From positions 103,110,687-103,174,686 of the forward strand of contig NC_092372.1 in assembly GCF_030028105.1 (NCBI RefSeq): 64,000 bases of DNA, read 5' to 3'. The stretch is from Mobula birostris. Its lineage: Eukaryota. A program made the position numbers and the translations under genes. The notes below the pieces were generated by a model. It did not search any database, was not told where the DNA came from, and worked only from the letters and a program-made list of their open reading frames with translations. Shown here piece by piece: positions 25,838 to 38,900 of this stretch; position 1 is the stretch's first letter; each line of letters starts with the position of its first letter.

Positions 25838-26888
25838 TGCAGATATCAGTGTTCGTATTTTTCTCCCACTCCATCCCTGCATACCTCAGCACTGAGACAA
25901 ACGTTTTCGGGGATCCCAAATCATACTCAGTTCACAGATATGCTTATTGCGATGCTGAAGCTGCTGTTTTTCAGCTCCAGGGGTCTTAAGGATATGCTTA
26001 TGTAAACATTCAGGATACGCAGTCTTTACTGTATAGAATAATGTCTAGTCCTCAAGCCATTCTATACCTGATGAAAACTACGTTACTATATTCTCAAAAG
26101 CACACAGAAAACACTGGAGGAACTCATCAATTCAGGTAGCCTTATGCAGATGTGAACCTTTAGGACTTATAGAATAGTGCATGTTCTCTTAAACACGCTA
26201 TATCCTTTGATAACTACCGTTGATTAGGCTTCTGAGTTCCCTGCAGCATTGCATTTGCTGTGTCACTGGATAATCTGTACTGTACCCTACAATATTTAAT
26301 TTACTGTACTTTGTTTATTTATGCACAATAAATTTGTAGATTTAATTCTTATTTTCTTCATTATTGTGTGTTATGTGTACTACTGTGCTTTACACCCTGG
26401 TCCGGAGAAACGTTGTCTCTTTTGGCAGTATACATGTACATAGTTAAAGGTCAATAAACTTGACTTGGCTTGACTGGACTTGAAAGCCCTAATGTTTATT
26501 CAGCCTATTGAATGTCAGTAAGATCAAAATCCACCTGTCAGTGTTTAACCAGGAATTCAAAATAGAAAATTATAGCTAGAATGTTTTAATATGCTTCTCA
26601 CCATAAAATATCTCATCATTAAGGAAATACAAAAATCAGGTTTTCTGGAAATAACCTTTACTTTTCCAATGTTGCTCTTTATATTGTGACATTTTGCACT
26701 CTGACTTTAGACAAAAAATTTAGTAATCTACTGTAAATCTCGAAGTAAGGAAGGAAGAGATGACTTTATAAGTTCTTATAATGTCATAAAAATTGCTGAA
26801 ATTTTGCACCTCTTGTGTCTTCATGGAATTTTTAAAGCAAAGGCAGAGCTTGACATGTTAGACAGATGGCTACACAGAGTATGTTAAT

Positions 26889-27634
26889 TAGTCATAGTCA
26901 TAGTCATACTTTATTAATCCCGGGGGAAATTGGTTTTCTTTACATTTGCTCCATAAATAATAAATAGTAATAGAACCATAAATAGTTAAATAGTAATATG
27001 TAAATTATGCCAGCAAATTATGAAATAAGTCCAGGACCAGCCTATTGGCTCAGGGTGTCAGACCCTCCAAGGAAGGAGTTGTAAAGTTTGATGGCCACAG
27101 GCAGGAATGACTTCCTATGTCACTCTGTGCTGCATCTCGGTAGAATGAGTCTCTGGCTGAATGTACTCCTGTGCCCACCCAGTACGTTATGTAGTGGATG
27201 GGAGACATTGACCAAGATGGCATGCAACTTAGACAGCATCCTCTTTTTAGACACCACCGTGAGAGAGTCCAGTTCCATCCCCACAACATCACTGGCCTTA
27301 CGAATGAGTTTGTTGATTCTGTTGGTGTCTGCCACCCTCAGCCTGCTGCCCCAGCACACAATAGCAAACATGATAGCACTGGCCACCACAGACTCGTAGA
27401 ACATCCTCAGCATCGTTCGGCAGATGTTAAAGGACCTCAGTCTCCTCAGAAAATAGAGATGACTCTGGCCCTTCTTGTAGACAGCTTCAGTGTTCTTTGA
27501 CCAGTCCAGTTTATTGTCAATTCGTATCCCCAGGTATTCGTAATCCTCCACCATGTCCACACTGACCCCCTGGATGGAAACAGGGGTCACCGGTACCTTA
27601 GCTCTCCTCAGGTCTACCACCAGCTCCTTAGTCT
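26889..27634 (-). mobile_element. Rex1/Babar-type LINE 3' fragment
   Basis: TKELVVDLRR...YLGIRIDNKLDWSKN...LYFLRRLRSF...FYESVVASAI..CWG; (TATGAC)n tail; empty site near 34355. Confidence 0.85.
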
Positions 27635-30104
27635 CCTGAGGAATTCCAGTGCTTATCAATTCTTTTACGCTCTGGAATTGATCTGCATCCATCTGATATT
27701 GTTTGTCCTTCACCAACCTGAATCAGGTCACATTTGTTCAACCAAGGATGATCTTAAAAGGTGAATTCATGTTTACTTTGTTGGTCACACAAGAATAGAC
27801 AGTGTTCTGATCTGGCCACTAGTCTGGATAATTGACCAATTGACCAATCTTTTATTCATCAAAATATTTCCGAAAAAGAGAAAAGGACAACGATAATCTG
27901 ATGAGCAATGAGCCAATGAAAATATATATTGTATCAGAGAGCGACATTCATATGTTATTATTTTGTCATTGATAGAATTGGCATCAGATGTCTGGAATAA
28001 AAGAACATTTATAACTAAGATTATTTTTATAAAGTTGTAAGAATATGCAGAGAAAATTTTATATTACAATTCTCCGACTTTGTAGTCTTCATCTGGATTC
28101 ACCAGCTAAACCAACATCTCAGCATTCAATGCCAAATATACTCAAACTCAATTAAACTTCTAAACCAAAAGTTTTATAGTCAATTATTCCCTGGAATTTA
28201 TTTAACACTTCCCGAATGTCTCCACCAGTCCCATACACAAGTGGTAGGATACAGTATACTGTGCATAGATTGGATTTATATGCGAGCAAAAACATTTGGT
28301 GCACTGTGTGGAAACTGGTGTGCTGTAAAAAGTCACTGGTGATGGTTTAAGGCTTTTCCAGGAATATTTGTTCATTGTGCTCATTGTCCAAGAGTGACAA
28401 AACATCAGCTTCAGGGCTTTCTGGATCTGGTTCAGGTTTCAGCTTCCAGATTTGTGAATTGTGGAGCCTGGAGCCGTGTTGACTCCTCCCCCTGAGGAAA
28501 GTACAAACATGAGGGAAATTCAGAACTGCAGCACAGATTGCAGCCCGTGTTTGTGAGGCCACGTGATTTCTAGGAAATCAGCTTGTTTGACACTTCATGA
28601 GGTTCTATATATCAAAGTCAACACTTGCTCCTGTTTACTTATCATTGAAAATATATCACAACAAATAAAAGACTATTCCGTGATCAGCCATGTTACAAGC
28701 ACGTTGGAGTAAACAGAAGCAATCTGTTCTGAGTGTGTATAATAATTTTTATTGTTCTCCGTCAACAAAGATAATGAGTTCCACGGGAGGTACAAGGCAT
28801 GGAGCCAACTTCTACTGCACTGGTCAAATGAAAATATATTAATGTTGATATATTAAATTCACCCATATCAGTGGTTCATGAAAATCAACAAGTTAATTAG
28901 CACATTTAAAATTCATCACAGAGGCACGTGTTTTTTTTTCAGAAAACCTGCACTTGACAACCACGAGATTCCTGTACAACACTAGCAGTACATTCAATGT
29001 CAGAAACTGCTTCCCTTTCTTTGGCTGTTGCATCCAATAATTTCCAAAGTTATGTTTCGATGCAGCTCTTTCAATACCACATAGCTACTTTGCCCAGGTT
29101 GCAGAGGTGGACCCAGTGTAATCAGTCTCCAAGTAGATTTAAATTGAACTATGTGAGGAATATAAAAGTGAATTGATTTTCTCAGCATTGGTGGACAAAG
29201 CAGATTAAATTCTGATCCTGACATTGCTTAATCGCACATACTGTAAAAAAGAGACAGTACATATCCATCCTCCATCTGTCAGATTTCACTGACACACTGA
29301 CGTCCATTCCAGCATCAGATGTGATAGGATTTGCTATGGTAGGGTTTCCAAATGTTCGACTTCATTCAGAAAATTATTCTTTCAAGTTCCCTCTCCGGAT
29401 ACCAGGTACACACTCAGTTTGGGGTTACCAGCTACTGGCAGTGGTTTAGGTAGGTAAGAACCTCACATATACGATTGAGCCTGAATAAAGAGCCACTTTT
29501 GAATCTAGACCACATCAATACATCAATATTCCAGACCCTTGTGCGCAGAAACAATTCATGGACCATTCAGAAATCTGATGGCAGAGGGGAAGAAGGTGCT
29601 CTAAAACACTGAGTGTGTAACTTTAGGTTCCTGTATCTCCTCCCTGATTACAGTAAGAAGAAGAGGTCACACCTCTAATGTTCCAAAGAGAGAAACCAAG
29701 CTTACTCAACCTTTCCTCATAATACATGCTCTCGAATTCAGCCCATCTCCTCTGCAGCCTTTCTGAAGCTTACCCATCCTCACTAGAATGGGGAAATGAG
29801 AAATGTGTACAATCATTTAAGCATGGCTTAATCAGAGATTTAACTCCATCTTCCACTTATGCATCCTTCAATTTCCCATTATAACCTACGACAACCTTCC
29901 ACACTATCCACAACATCGCCAACCCTTGCAACATCTAGAAACTTACTGACCCTGCCGACGGGTATGACGGATTAAAAGCTCCTTAGTATGAAATGCCCTT
30001 CCCTTGGACAACATCGGTGTCATGGAGAGGGGAGACTTGCAGCATGGGCTACTGCCAGTCTTCCATACAACCTTGCCCAGGCCTGCGCCCTGGAGAGTGA
30101 AGAC

Positions 30105-30645
30105 TTAGGCACAGATGGCAATAAATCAGGGAATAGCTGCTTCAAAAAGCTTACAAAGAACTCTGTGGGGTAGTCACATTCAACTGATTCTTCAAGACCC
30201 AGAATACGTAGATTGTTCCTTCTGTTTCTGCTTTCCAGGTTGGTAATCTTTGTTAATTTTTCATTAGATAATGATAATTTCTTGCAGAGCTTACTCATGT
30301 CTTCTAAGTCCGCTTCCAGTATCGACAAAGCTTCTTTATTCTCGTTAATTTGCTTTTCATGTTTGATTAGCGTTTTTTGAATAGTTTCCAACTTGACGTT
30401 AAGATGTTGAAATTTCTCAGAAAGTTCTGTTCTTTGCTTTTTAAGGAAATCTCCAATTGATTCCAAACTAGATGGAAAATCATCTTTTTCTTTTGCAGAG
30501 ACTTTAGTCTTTCCCATAGACATAATACAGCAATATTAAGATTTATAATAAGGTTTCAAAAAACTGGTAGGAAACAGAAATATAGATAAGGTAGGAGCAA
30601 GTGCAAAAAGATGTTATCCCATTGACTGCCAGCAGGACTCTCTCT
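30105..30645 (-). mobile_element. L1/Tx1-like LINE 5' fragment (ORF1, Transposase_22-like)
   Basis: Coiled-coil followed by NLESRNRRNNLRILGLEE..FF..L..LF, the L1 ORF1p signature; truncated and joined to an unclassified repeat at ~29960-30105. Confidence 0.75.
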
Positions 30646-31049
30646 CCATAAATCTAATGTCTTGTATGAGGAGAATTAAGATAATGGGTAATAATTTTAA
30701 GGGATAATTATCATAAGCACAATGTTCAATGTATACAATTCTATATAGTTCAGCTCAAGTTTGTCTCATGACACTTTAAATATTTGCATACAACACCTGA
30801 AATGCCGGTAAATTGAAATCGCTGAACTCATCTTGGTTAAAACACACTGAGATAGTTGTGACATTTAGTTAACTGCACAGATGAAGGGCACAGATTAGTA
30901 CAATGTTACTGAATTGTTGAATCATTGAGAAAGCCAGGAGATTCTTTGTCAGGACAATTGACATACCTGTCATTGTAACTTAACACAGATGAGCCGAATC
31001 TGCAGTGCAATTAACGTCAGACCAGAAACTGAAATTTTGGACTTTGAGA

Positions 31050-32292
31050 ATTATAAGGTAGCCAGGAGGAGATTAAGACTGGATTTTGGAGAGCTAGAAA
31101 AGGACATAAGAAGACCTTGGTGAGTAAGATTAAGGAAAACATCAGCGCATTCTACAAGTACTGTATGTGAAGAACCAGAGGATGATTAGCTTGAGTTAGG
31201 ACCATCAGGGATAAAAATGGAAACATTCTTTTATTGGAAGGATTAGGGGAGGTCCTCAATGAATGCTTTGTTTCACCATTCACCAGCGGGAGGGAACTTC
31301 ACAAATGTGAGGTTATCATTGAACAGGCTGCGACATGTCAACATTAAGAAAGAGGATGTGTAGAACTCTTGAGAAACATTAGGATAGGTAATTCCCTGGG
31401 ACCGAACGAGGTTTACCCCTGGGTACTGAGAGAGCAAGAGAAGAGATTGCTGCACCTTTAGTGATGATCTTTGCATCCTTACTGGTCACAAGAGTATTGC
31501 CAGAAGATTGGAGGGGGACCAATGTCATTCCTTTGTTCAAGTAAGGTAATTGAGACAATCCTTGGAATGATAGACCAGTGAATCTTATGCCATTGGTGGG
31601 AAATGGATTGGAGAGAAGTCTTTGAGACAGGATTTACATTTGGAGCAGCATAGATTGATTAGGGGTAGTCAGGGTGATTTTCTGAACGACAGAACATGTC
31701 TCACAAGCCTGATTGAATTCTGCAAGGAAATGACCAAACAAATCAATTAAGACAGAGCAGTGGATGTGGTGTATATGGCTTTTAGTGAGATATTTGAGAA
31801 GGCTCCCAATAGCATGCTCATTCGGAAAGTCAGGAGGCATGGGATGCATGGAGACCTGCCTGAATGAATACAGAATTGACTTGCCCACAGAAGGCAGAGG
31901 GTAGTAGTAGATGGAGCATATTCTGCCAGTAGGTTGGTACCCAGTGTTGTTGCACAGTGATCTGTTATGAGAGCCTTTCTCTTTGTGATTGTTAGAAATG
32001 ACGGATGAGTAAGTAGCCGGCAGGGTCAGTAAGTTTCTAGATGTTGCAAGGGTTGGCGATGTTGTGGATAGTGTGGAAGGTTGTCGTAAGTTATAATGGG
32101 AAATTGAAGGATGCATAAGTGGAAGATGGAGTTTAATCTCTGATTAAGCCATGCTTAAATGATTGTACTCATTTCTCATTTCCCCATTCTAGTGAGGATG
32201 GGTAAGCTTCAGAAAGGCTGCAGAGGAGATGGGCTGAATTCGAGAGCATGTATTATGAGGAAAGGTTGAGCAAGCTTGGTTTCTCTCTTTGG
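31050..32292 (+). mobile_element. Old degraded CR1 of the duplication unit (inverted, internally deleted)
   Basis: Reverse complement of ~8375-9860 with a ~250 bp deletion. Confidence 0.8.
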
Positions 32293-34611
32293 AACATTAG
32301 AGGTGTGACCTCTTCTTCTTACTGTAATCAGGGAGGAGATACAGGAACCTAAAGTTACACACTCAGTGTTTTAGAGCACCTTCTTCCCCTCTGCCATCAG
32401 ATTTCTGAATGGTCCATGAATTGTTTCTGCGCACAAGGGTCTGGAATATTGATGTATTGATGTGGTCTAGATTCAAAAGTGGCTCTTTATTCAGGCTCAA
32501 TCGTATATGTGATGTTCTTACCTACCTAAACCACTGCCAGTAGCTGGTAACCCCAAACTGAGTGTGTACCTGGTATCTGGAGAGGGAACTTGAAAGAATA
32601 ATTTTCTGAACGAAATCGAACATTTGGAAACTCTAACATAACAAATCCTATCACATCTGATGCTGGAATGGACGTCAGTGTGTCAGTGAAATCTGACAGA
32701 TGGAGGATGGATATGTACTGTCTCTTTTTTAATGTATGTGCAGTTAAGCAATGTCAGGATTAGAATTTAATCTGCTTCGTCCACCAATGCTGAGAAAATC
32801 AGTTCACTTTTGTATTCCTCACATAGTTCAATTTAAATCTACTTGGAGACTGATTACACTGGGTCCACCTCTGCAACCTGGGCAAAGTAGTTATGTGGTA
32901 TTGAAAGAGCTGTATCAAAACATAACTTTGGAAATTATTGGATGCAACAGCCAAAGAAAGGGAAGCAGTTTCTGACATTGAATGTACTGCTAGTGTTGTA
33001 TAGGAATCTCGTGGTTGTCAAGTGCAGGTTTTCTGAAAAAAAAACACGTGCCTCTGTGATGAATTTTAAATGTGCTAATTAACGTTGATTTTCATGAACC
33101 ACTGATATGGGTGAATTTAATATATTAACATTAATATATTTTCATTTTACCAGTGCAGTAGAAGTTGGCTCCATGCCTTGTACCTCCCGTGGAACTCATT
33201 ATCTTTGTTGACGGAGAACAATAAAAATTTTATACACACTCAGAACAGATTGCTTCTGTTTACTCCAACGTGCTTGTAACATGGCTGATCTGGGAATAGT
33301 CATTTTGTTTGTTGTGATATATTTTCAATGATAAGTAAATAGGAGCAAGTGCTGACTTTGATGCATAGAACCTCATGAAGTGTCAAACAAGCTGATTTTC
33401 TGGAACTCACGTGGTCTCACAAACACGGGCTGCAATCTGTGCTGCAGTTCTGAATTTCACTGATGTTTGTACTTTCCCCAGGGGGAGGAGTCAACACGGC
33501 TCCAGGCTCCACAATTCACAAATCTGGGAACTAAAACTTGAACCAGCTCCAGAAAGCCCTGAAGCTGATGTTTCATCACTCTTGGATGATGAGCACAATG
33601 AACACTTATTGCTGCAGCAAATATTCCAGCAAAAGCCTTATTACAGCACATAATAATCTGGTCAGATCTTGCAGTATTGTCCAATTTGTCCCACACCAGT
33701 TCCACACAGTGCATCAAATGTTTTCACTCACATATAAGTCCAATCTATACACAATATATCCTATCACTCAGGTATGCGACTGGTGGAGACATTGTGGAAG
33801 TGTTAAATAAATTCCAGGGAATACTTGTGGTTTAAAAGTTTAATTGAGTTGAGTATATTTGGTATTGAGTTCTGAGGTGTTGGATTAGCTGGTGAATCCA
33901 GGTGAAGACTTCAAAGATGGAGAATTGTAATGTAAAATTTTCTCTCGCGTATTCTTACGACTTTATAAAAATAAAATTAGTTATCATGTTCTTTTATTCT
34001 AGACATCTGATGTCAATTCTGTCAATGACAAAATAATAAAATATGAATATCTCTCTCTGATACAATATATATTTTCATTGGCTCATTGCTCATCAGATTA
34101 TTGTTGTCCTGTTCTCTTGTTGGGAAACACTTAGATGAAAATCTGATTGTGCGGGAGAAGAGTCAATTATCCAGACTTGTGGCCAGGTTAGAGCGCTGTC
34201 CATTCTTGTGTGACCAACGAAGTAAACACGAATTCACCTTTTAGGGAACATCCATGGTTGACCAAATGTGTCCTGATTCAGGTTGGTGAAGGACAGGCAG
34301 TATCAGATGGATGCAGGTCAATCTCACACCATGAAAGAGTTGATAAGCACTGGAATTATCATACCCTGTGTAGCCATCTAACATGTCAAGCTCTGCCTTA
34401 GCTTTAAAAATTCCATGAAGACACAAGAAGTGCAAAAATTCAGCAATTTTTATGACATTATAAAAACTTATAAAGTCATCTCTTCCTTCCTTACTTCTAG
34501 GCTTATAGTAGGTACTGATTTTTTTTTCTAAAGTTGGAGTGCAGAATGTCACAATATAAAGAGCAACATGTGAAAATTAGAGGGTATTTCAAGAAAACCT
34601 GATTTTAATAT

Positions 34612-35127
34612 CGGAACCATATCGCAGCCACCACCCTGTGACCAGACATTGTCCTAGTGTCTGAGTCTACTAAGCAAGTGGTGCTGCTGGAGCTGACAGT
34701 CCCATGAGAAGATAGCTTGGAAGAGGCCTTTGAAAGGAAGCTCTCCAAGTACGCAGGACTGTTCAGCAACTGTCAGCAGGCTGGATGGAGAGCGAGGTGT
34801 CTCCCAATGGAGGTTGGTTGTAGGGGATTCGCAGCCTGGTCCTTAGTTAGAGCCTTCAGCATTTTGGGCATCGAGGGAGAGAGGAAGAGGAGAGCCATCC
34901 GCAGTACCACCAATGCGGCAGAGAGGGCCTCAAGATGGCTGTGGCTCAAAAGAGGGGAGCCATGGAATTATAAGTAGCTAGCCATCTGGACACAAGCTGG
35001 GGTCTGATCAGCCCCGGTTGGGTCACCTGGAGGAGGTTGTATGATGTTGAAAGACCCGAAACACCCGATGATTCCAAGAACATCACTGAAGATGTGTCCA
35101 GAAGCATCAGTAGATGTATGTACACAG
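34612..35127 (+). mobile_element. 3' fragment of an RLE-type (R2 superfamily, HERO/NeSL-like) non-LTR retrotransposon
   Basis: PDIVLVSESTKQVVLLELTVP*EDSLEEAFERKLSKY...EVGCRGF, a PD-(D/E)xK restriction-like endonuclease motif; absent at the homologous site near 26610-26635. Confidence 0.75.
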
Positions 35128-35960
35128 AAATTTTATGGTGAGAAGTATATTGAAACATTTTAGCTATAACTTTCTGTGTTGAATTCCTGGTTAAACACTG
35201 ACGGGTGGATTTTGATCTTATTGTCCTTAATAGTTTGTATAAACATCAGGGTTATCAAGTCAAATTCATTGACCTTTAGCTATGTACATGTATACTGCCA
35301 AAAGAGACAATGTTTCTCCACACCAGGGTGTAAAGCACAGTAGTACACATAATACACAATAACTAAGAAAATTAAGAATTAAGTCTACAAATTAATTGTA
35401 CATAGCTAAACAAAGTACAGCAAATAAATATTGTAGGGTACAGTACAGATTATGCAGTGACAGCAAATGGAATGCAGCAGGGAGCTCAGAAGCCTAATCA
35501 ACGTTAGTTATCAAAGGATAAAGCATGTTTAAGAGTACATGCACTATTCTATAAATCCTAAAGGTTCACATCTGCACAAGGCTGCCTGACTTGCTAAGTT
35601 CCTTCAGTATTTTGTGTGTGCTTTTGAGAATATAGTAACGTAGTTGTCATCAGATATAGAATAGCTAGTGGACTAGATACTATTCTGTACAGTAAAGACT
35701 GCGTATCCTGGAGGTTTAAGTATACACAGCCTTAAGATTCCTTGAAATGAAAAGCTGCAGCTTCAGCATCGCACTTTGTATATCTGTGAATGGAGTATGA
35801 TTCAGGAACCCTCAAAACTTTAACCCCAGTGCTGAGGTGTGCAAGGATAGGGTTGGAGACTAGAATTTCTTGAAAAATATGAACACTGATATCTGCATAT
35901 TATTTTTGGATCACAACCTGAACAATCCTGGGTGATTCTGAAATGAAACCCGGATGAAAT

Positions 35961-38900
35961 TCATCAGGGAGAGTGAGGAGGTGATAGAGAGGAGCTATAG
36001 GCAGATAGTCACTCCGGGGATTGGGGAGACAGATAAGTGGGTAACAGTCAGGACAGGGAAGGGCAAGAAGCAGGTGCTAGAAAGTATTCCTGTGGCAGTT
36101 ACTCATAACAATAAGTACTCCTGTTTGAGTACTGCTGGGGGAGACGACCTTCCTGGGGGAAGCAACAGTGGTTGCGCCTCTGGCACAGAGTCTGGCCCTG
36201 TGGCTCAGAAGGGTAGGGAAAGGAAGAGGATAGGAGCGGTAATAGGGGACTCTACAGTTAGGGGGTCAGACAGGCAATTCTGTGGACGCAGGAAAGAAAC
36301 GTGGATGGTAGTTTGCCTCTCACGCCAGGGTCCAGGATGTTTCTGATCATGTCCACAATATCTTGAAGTTGGAAGGAGAACAGCCAGAGGTCGTGGTACA
36401 TATTGGTACCAACGACATAGGTAGGAAAAGGGAGAAGGTCCTGAAAGCAGACAACAGGAAGTTAGGAAGGAAATTGAGAAGCAGGACCTCAAAGGTAGTA
36501 ATCTTGGGATTACTACCTGTGCCACGTGACAGTGAGTATAGGAATAGAATGAGGTGGAGGATAAATGCATGGCTGAGGGATTGGAGCAGGGGGCAGGGAT
36601 TCAGATTTCTGGATCATTGGGACCTCTTCTGGGGCAGATGTGACCTGTACATAAAGGACGGGTTGCACTTGAATCTGAGGGGAACCAATATCCTGGCGGG
36701 GAGGTTTGCAAAGGCCGTTAGGGAGAGTTTAAACTAGAATTGCTGGGGGTTGGGAACCAAACTGAAGTGACGGAGGAAAGGGAGGTTGGCTCACAAACAG
36801 AGAAAGCTTGGAGACAGTGCGAGAGGGAGGATAGACAGGTGATAGAGAAGGGATATGCTCAGACTGATGGTTTGAGTTGTGTCTATTTTAATGCGAGGAG
36901 TATCATGAATAAAGTGGATGAGCTTAGAGCATGGATCAACACTTCGAGCAATGATGCTGTGGCCATTACAGAGACTTGGACAGTGCAGGGGCAGGAATGG
37001 TTACTTCAAGTGCCAGGCTTTAGATGTTTCGGAAAGGACAGGGAGGGAGGCAAAAGAGATGGGGGCGTGACACTGTTGATTGGAGATAGTGTTACGGCTG
37101 CAGAACGGGAGGAAATCATGGAGGGGTTGTCTACAGAGTCTCTGTGGGTAGAAGTTAGGAATAGGAAGGGGTCAATAACTCGAGTAGGTGTTTTTTATAG
37201 ACCACCCAATAGTAACAGGGACATTGAGGAGCAAATGGGGAGACAGATTCTGGAAGGAGTAATAATAAAAGGGTTGTTGTGGTTGAGGATTTTAACTTCC
37301 CAAACATCGATTAGCATCTCCCTAGAGTGAGGGGTTTAGATGGGGTAGAGTTTGTTAGGCATGTTCAGGAGGGCTTCTTGACACAATATGTAGATAAAAC
37401 TACAAGAGGAGAGGCTGTACTTGATCTGGTACAGCTGCACATTCCTTCACCTGCAATTCTAAAATCCGAAAAGCTCCGAAAACCGAAGTGTTTTTCGCCA
37501 ACAGCTAGTGTCACTCAGGTGTGACGTAGCAGCGCTTGCAGAGGCCGCCAGACGTCAGTTGTGGCTCAGCGCTCGTACTGGTTACATGTGCATTTGCTGT
37601 TCACTGATATTTTGTGTTCACTATTGACTTTGTGTTTAATTTCACTGTGAAAATGTCAAAAAGAGCTGCAGATACCCCTATGAGTAACAATGAGAAAAAG
37701 AGAAGGAAGCATCTGTTTCATTATCAGTAACACAGAAAGTGGAGTTATTGCAGAAGCTTGATCGTGGTGTGTCTGTGCGGCATCTTACTGAAGAAAATAG
37801 TGTTGGAACTACCACTGTATATGATTTAAATAAACAGAAAGACAAGTTACTGAAGTTTTATAGTGGCAGTGACGTTCTACATTTATTCCAATAAGTCATT
37901 TACCATATGTTTGATTCAGTTCATTTGTATATTTTTATGTTTTATTGAATGTTTTTGNNNNNNNNNNNNNNNNNNNNNNNNNNNNNNNNNNNNNNNNNNN
38001 NNNNNNNNNNNNNNNNNNNNNNNNNNNNNNNNNNNNNNNNNNNNNNNNNNNNNNNNNNNNNNNNNNNNNNNNNNNNNNNNNNNNNNNNNNNNNNNNNNNN
38101 NNNNNGTCCTAAAGTCCACCACACAGAGGCAGGTTAAATAAGGGACTTGAGCATACGTGTTTTTTGGTGTCGGTGGTGGGGGGGTGGTCTGAAATCCGAA
38201 AAATTCTGAATTCCAAAATGCAACTGGCCTCAAGGATTTTGGATAAGGGACTGTGGACCTATATTGGAAATGACCCTGGTCAGGTGTCAGGTCTCTCAGT
38301 GGGACAGCATTTTGGAGATAGTGATCACAATTCTATATCCTTTACCATAGCATTGGAGAAGGGTAGGAACAGACAAGTTAGGGAAACATTTAATTAGAGT
38401 AAGGGGAAATATGAGGCCAACAGACAGGAACTTGGAAGCATACATTGGAAACAGATGTTCTCAGGGAAATGTACAGAAGAAATTGTGGCAAATGTTCAGG
38501 GGATATTTGCATAGTGTTCTTCATAGATACAGGGGACAGGAAAGGATGGTAGGGTACAGAACCGTGGTGTACAAAGACAAGAAGAAAAGAAGAGCTTATG
38601 AAAAGTTCAAAAAACTAGGTAATGATAGAGATGTAGAAGATTATAAGGCTAGCAGGAAGGAGCTTAAGAATGAAATTAGGAGAGCCAGAAGAGGCCATGA
38701 GAAGGCCTTGGTGGATAGGATTAAGGAAAACCCCCGTCATTCCACAAGTTTGTGAAGAGCAAGAGGATAATATGTGGGAGAATAGGACTAATCAAGTGTA
38801 ACAGTGGAAATGTGTGTATGGAACCAGAGGAGATAGCTGAGGTATTTAATGAATACTTTACTTCAGTATTCACTATGGAAAAGGATCTTGGCGATTGTAG

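Noticed and set aside
27120-27716. 198-aa ORF as a host gene
   Set aside because: Chance fusion of flanking DNA with a Rex1-type LINE 3' fragment.
35030-35075. Hammerhead-like words (TGATG...GAAAC) in the 3'UTR of the RLE fragment
   Set aside because: CUGANGA core is absent and I could not build the stems convincingly.
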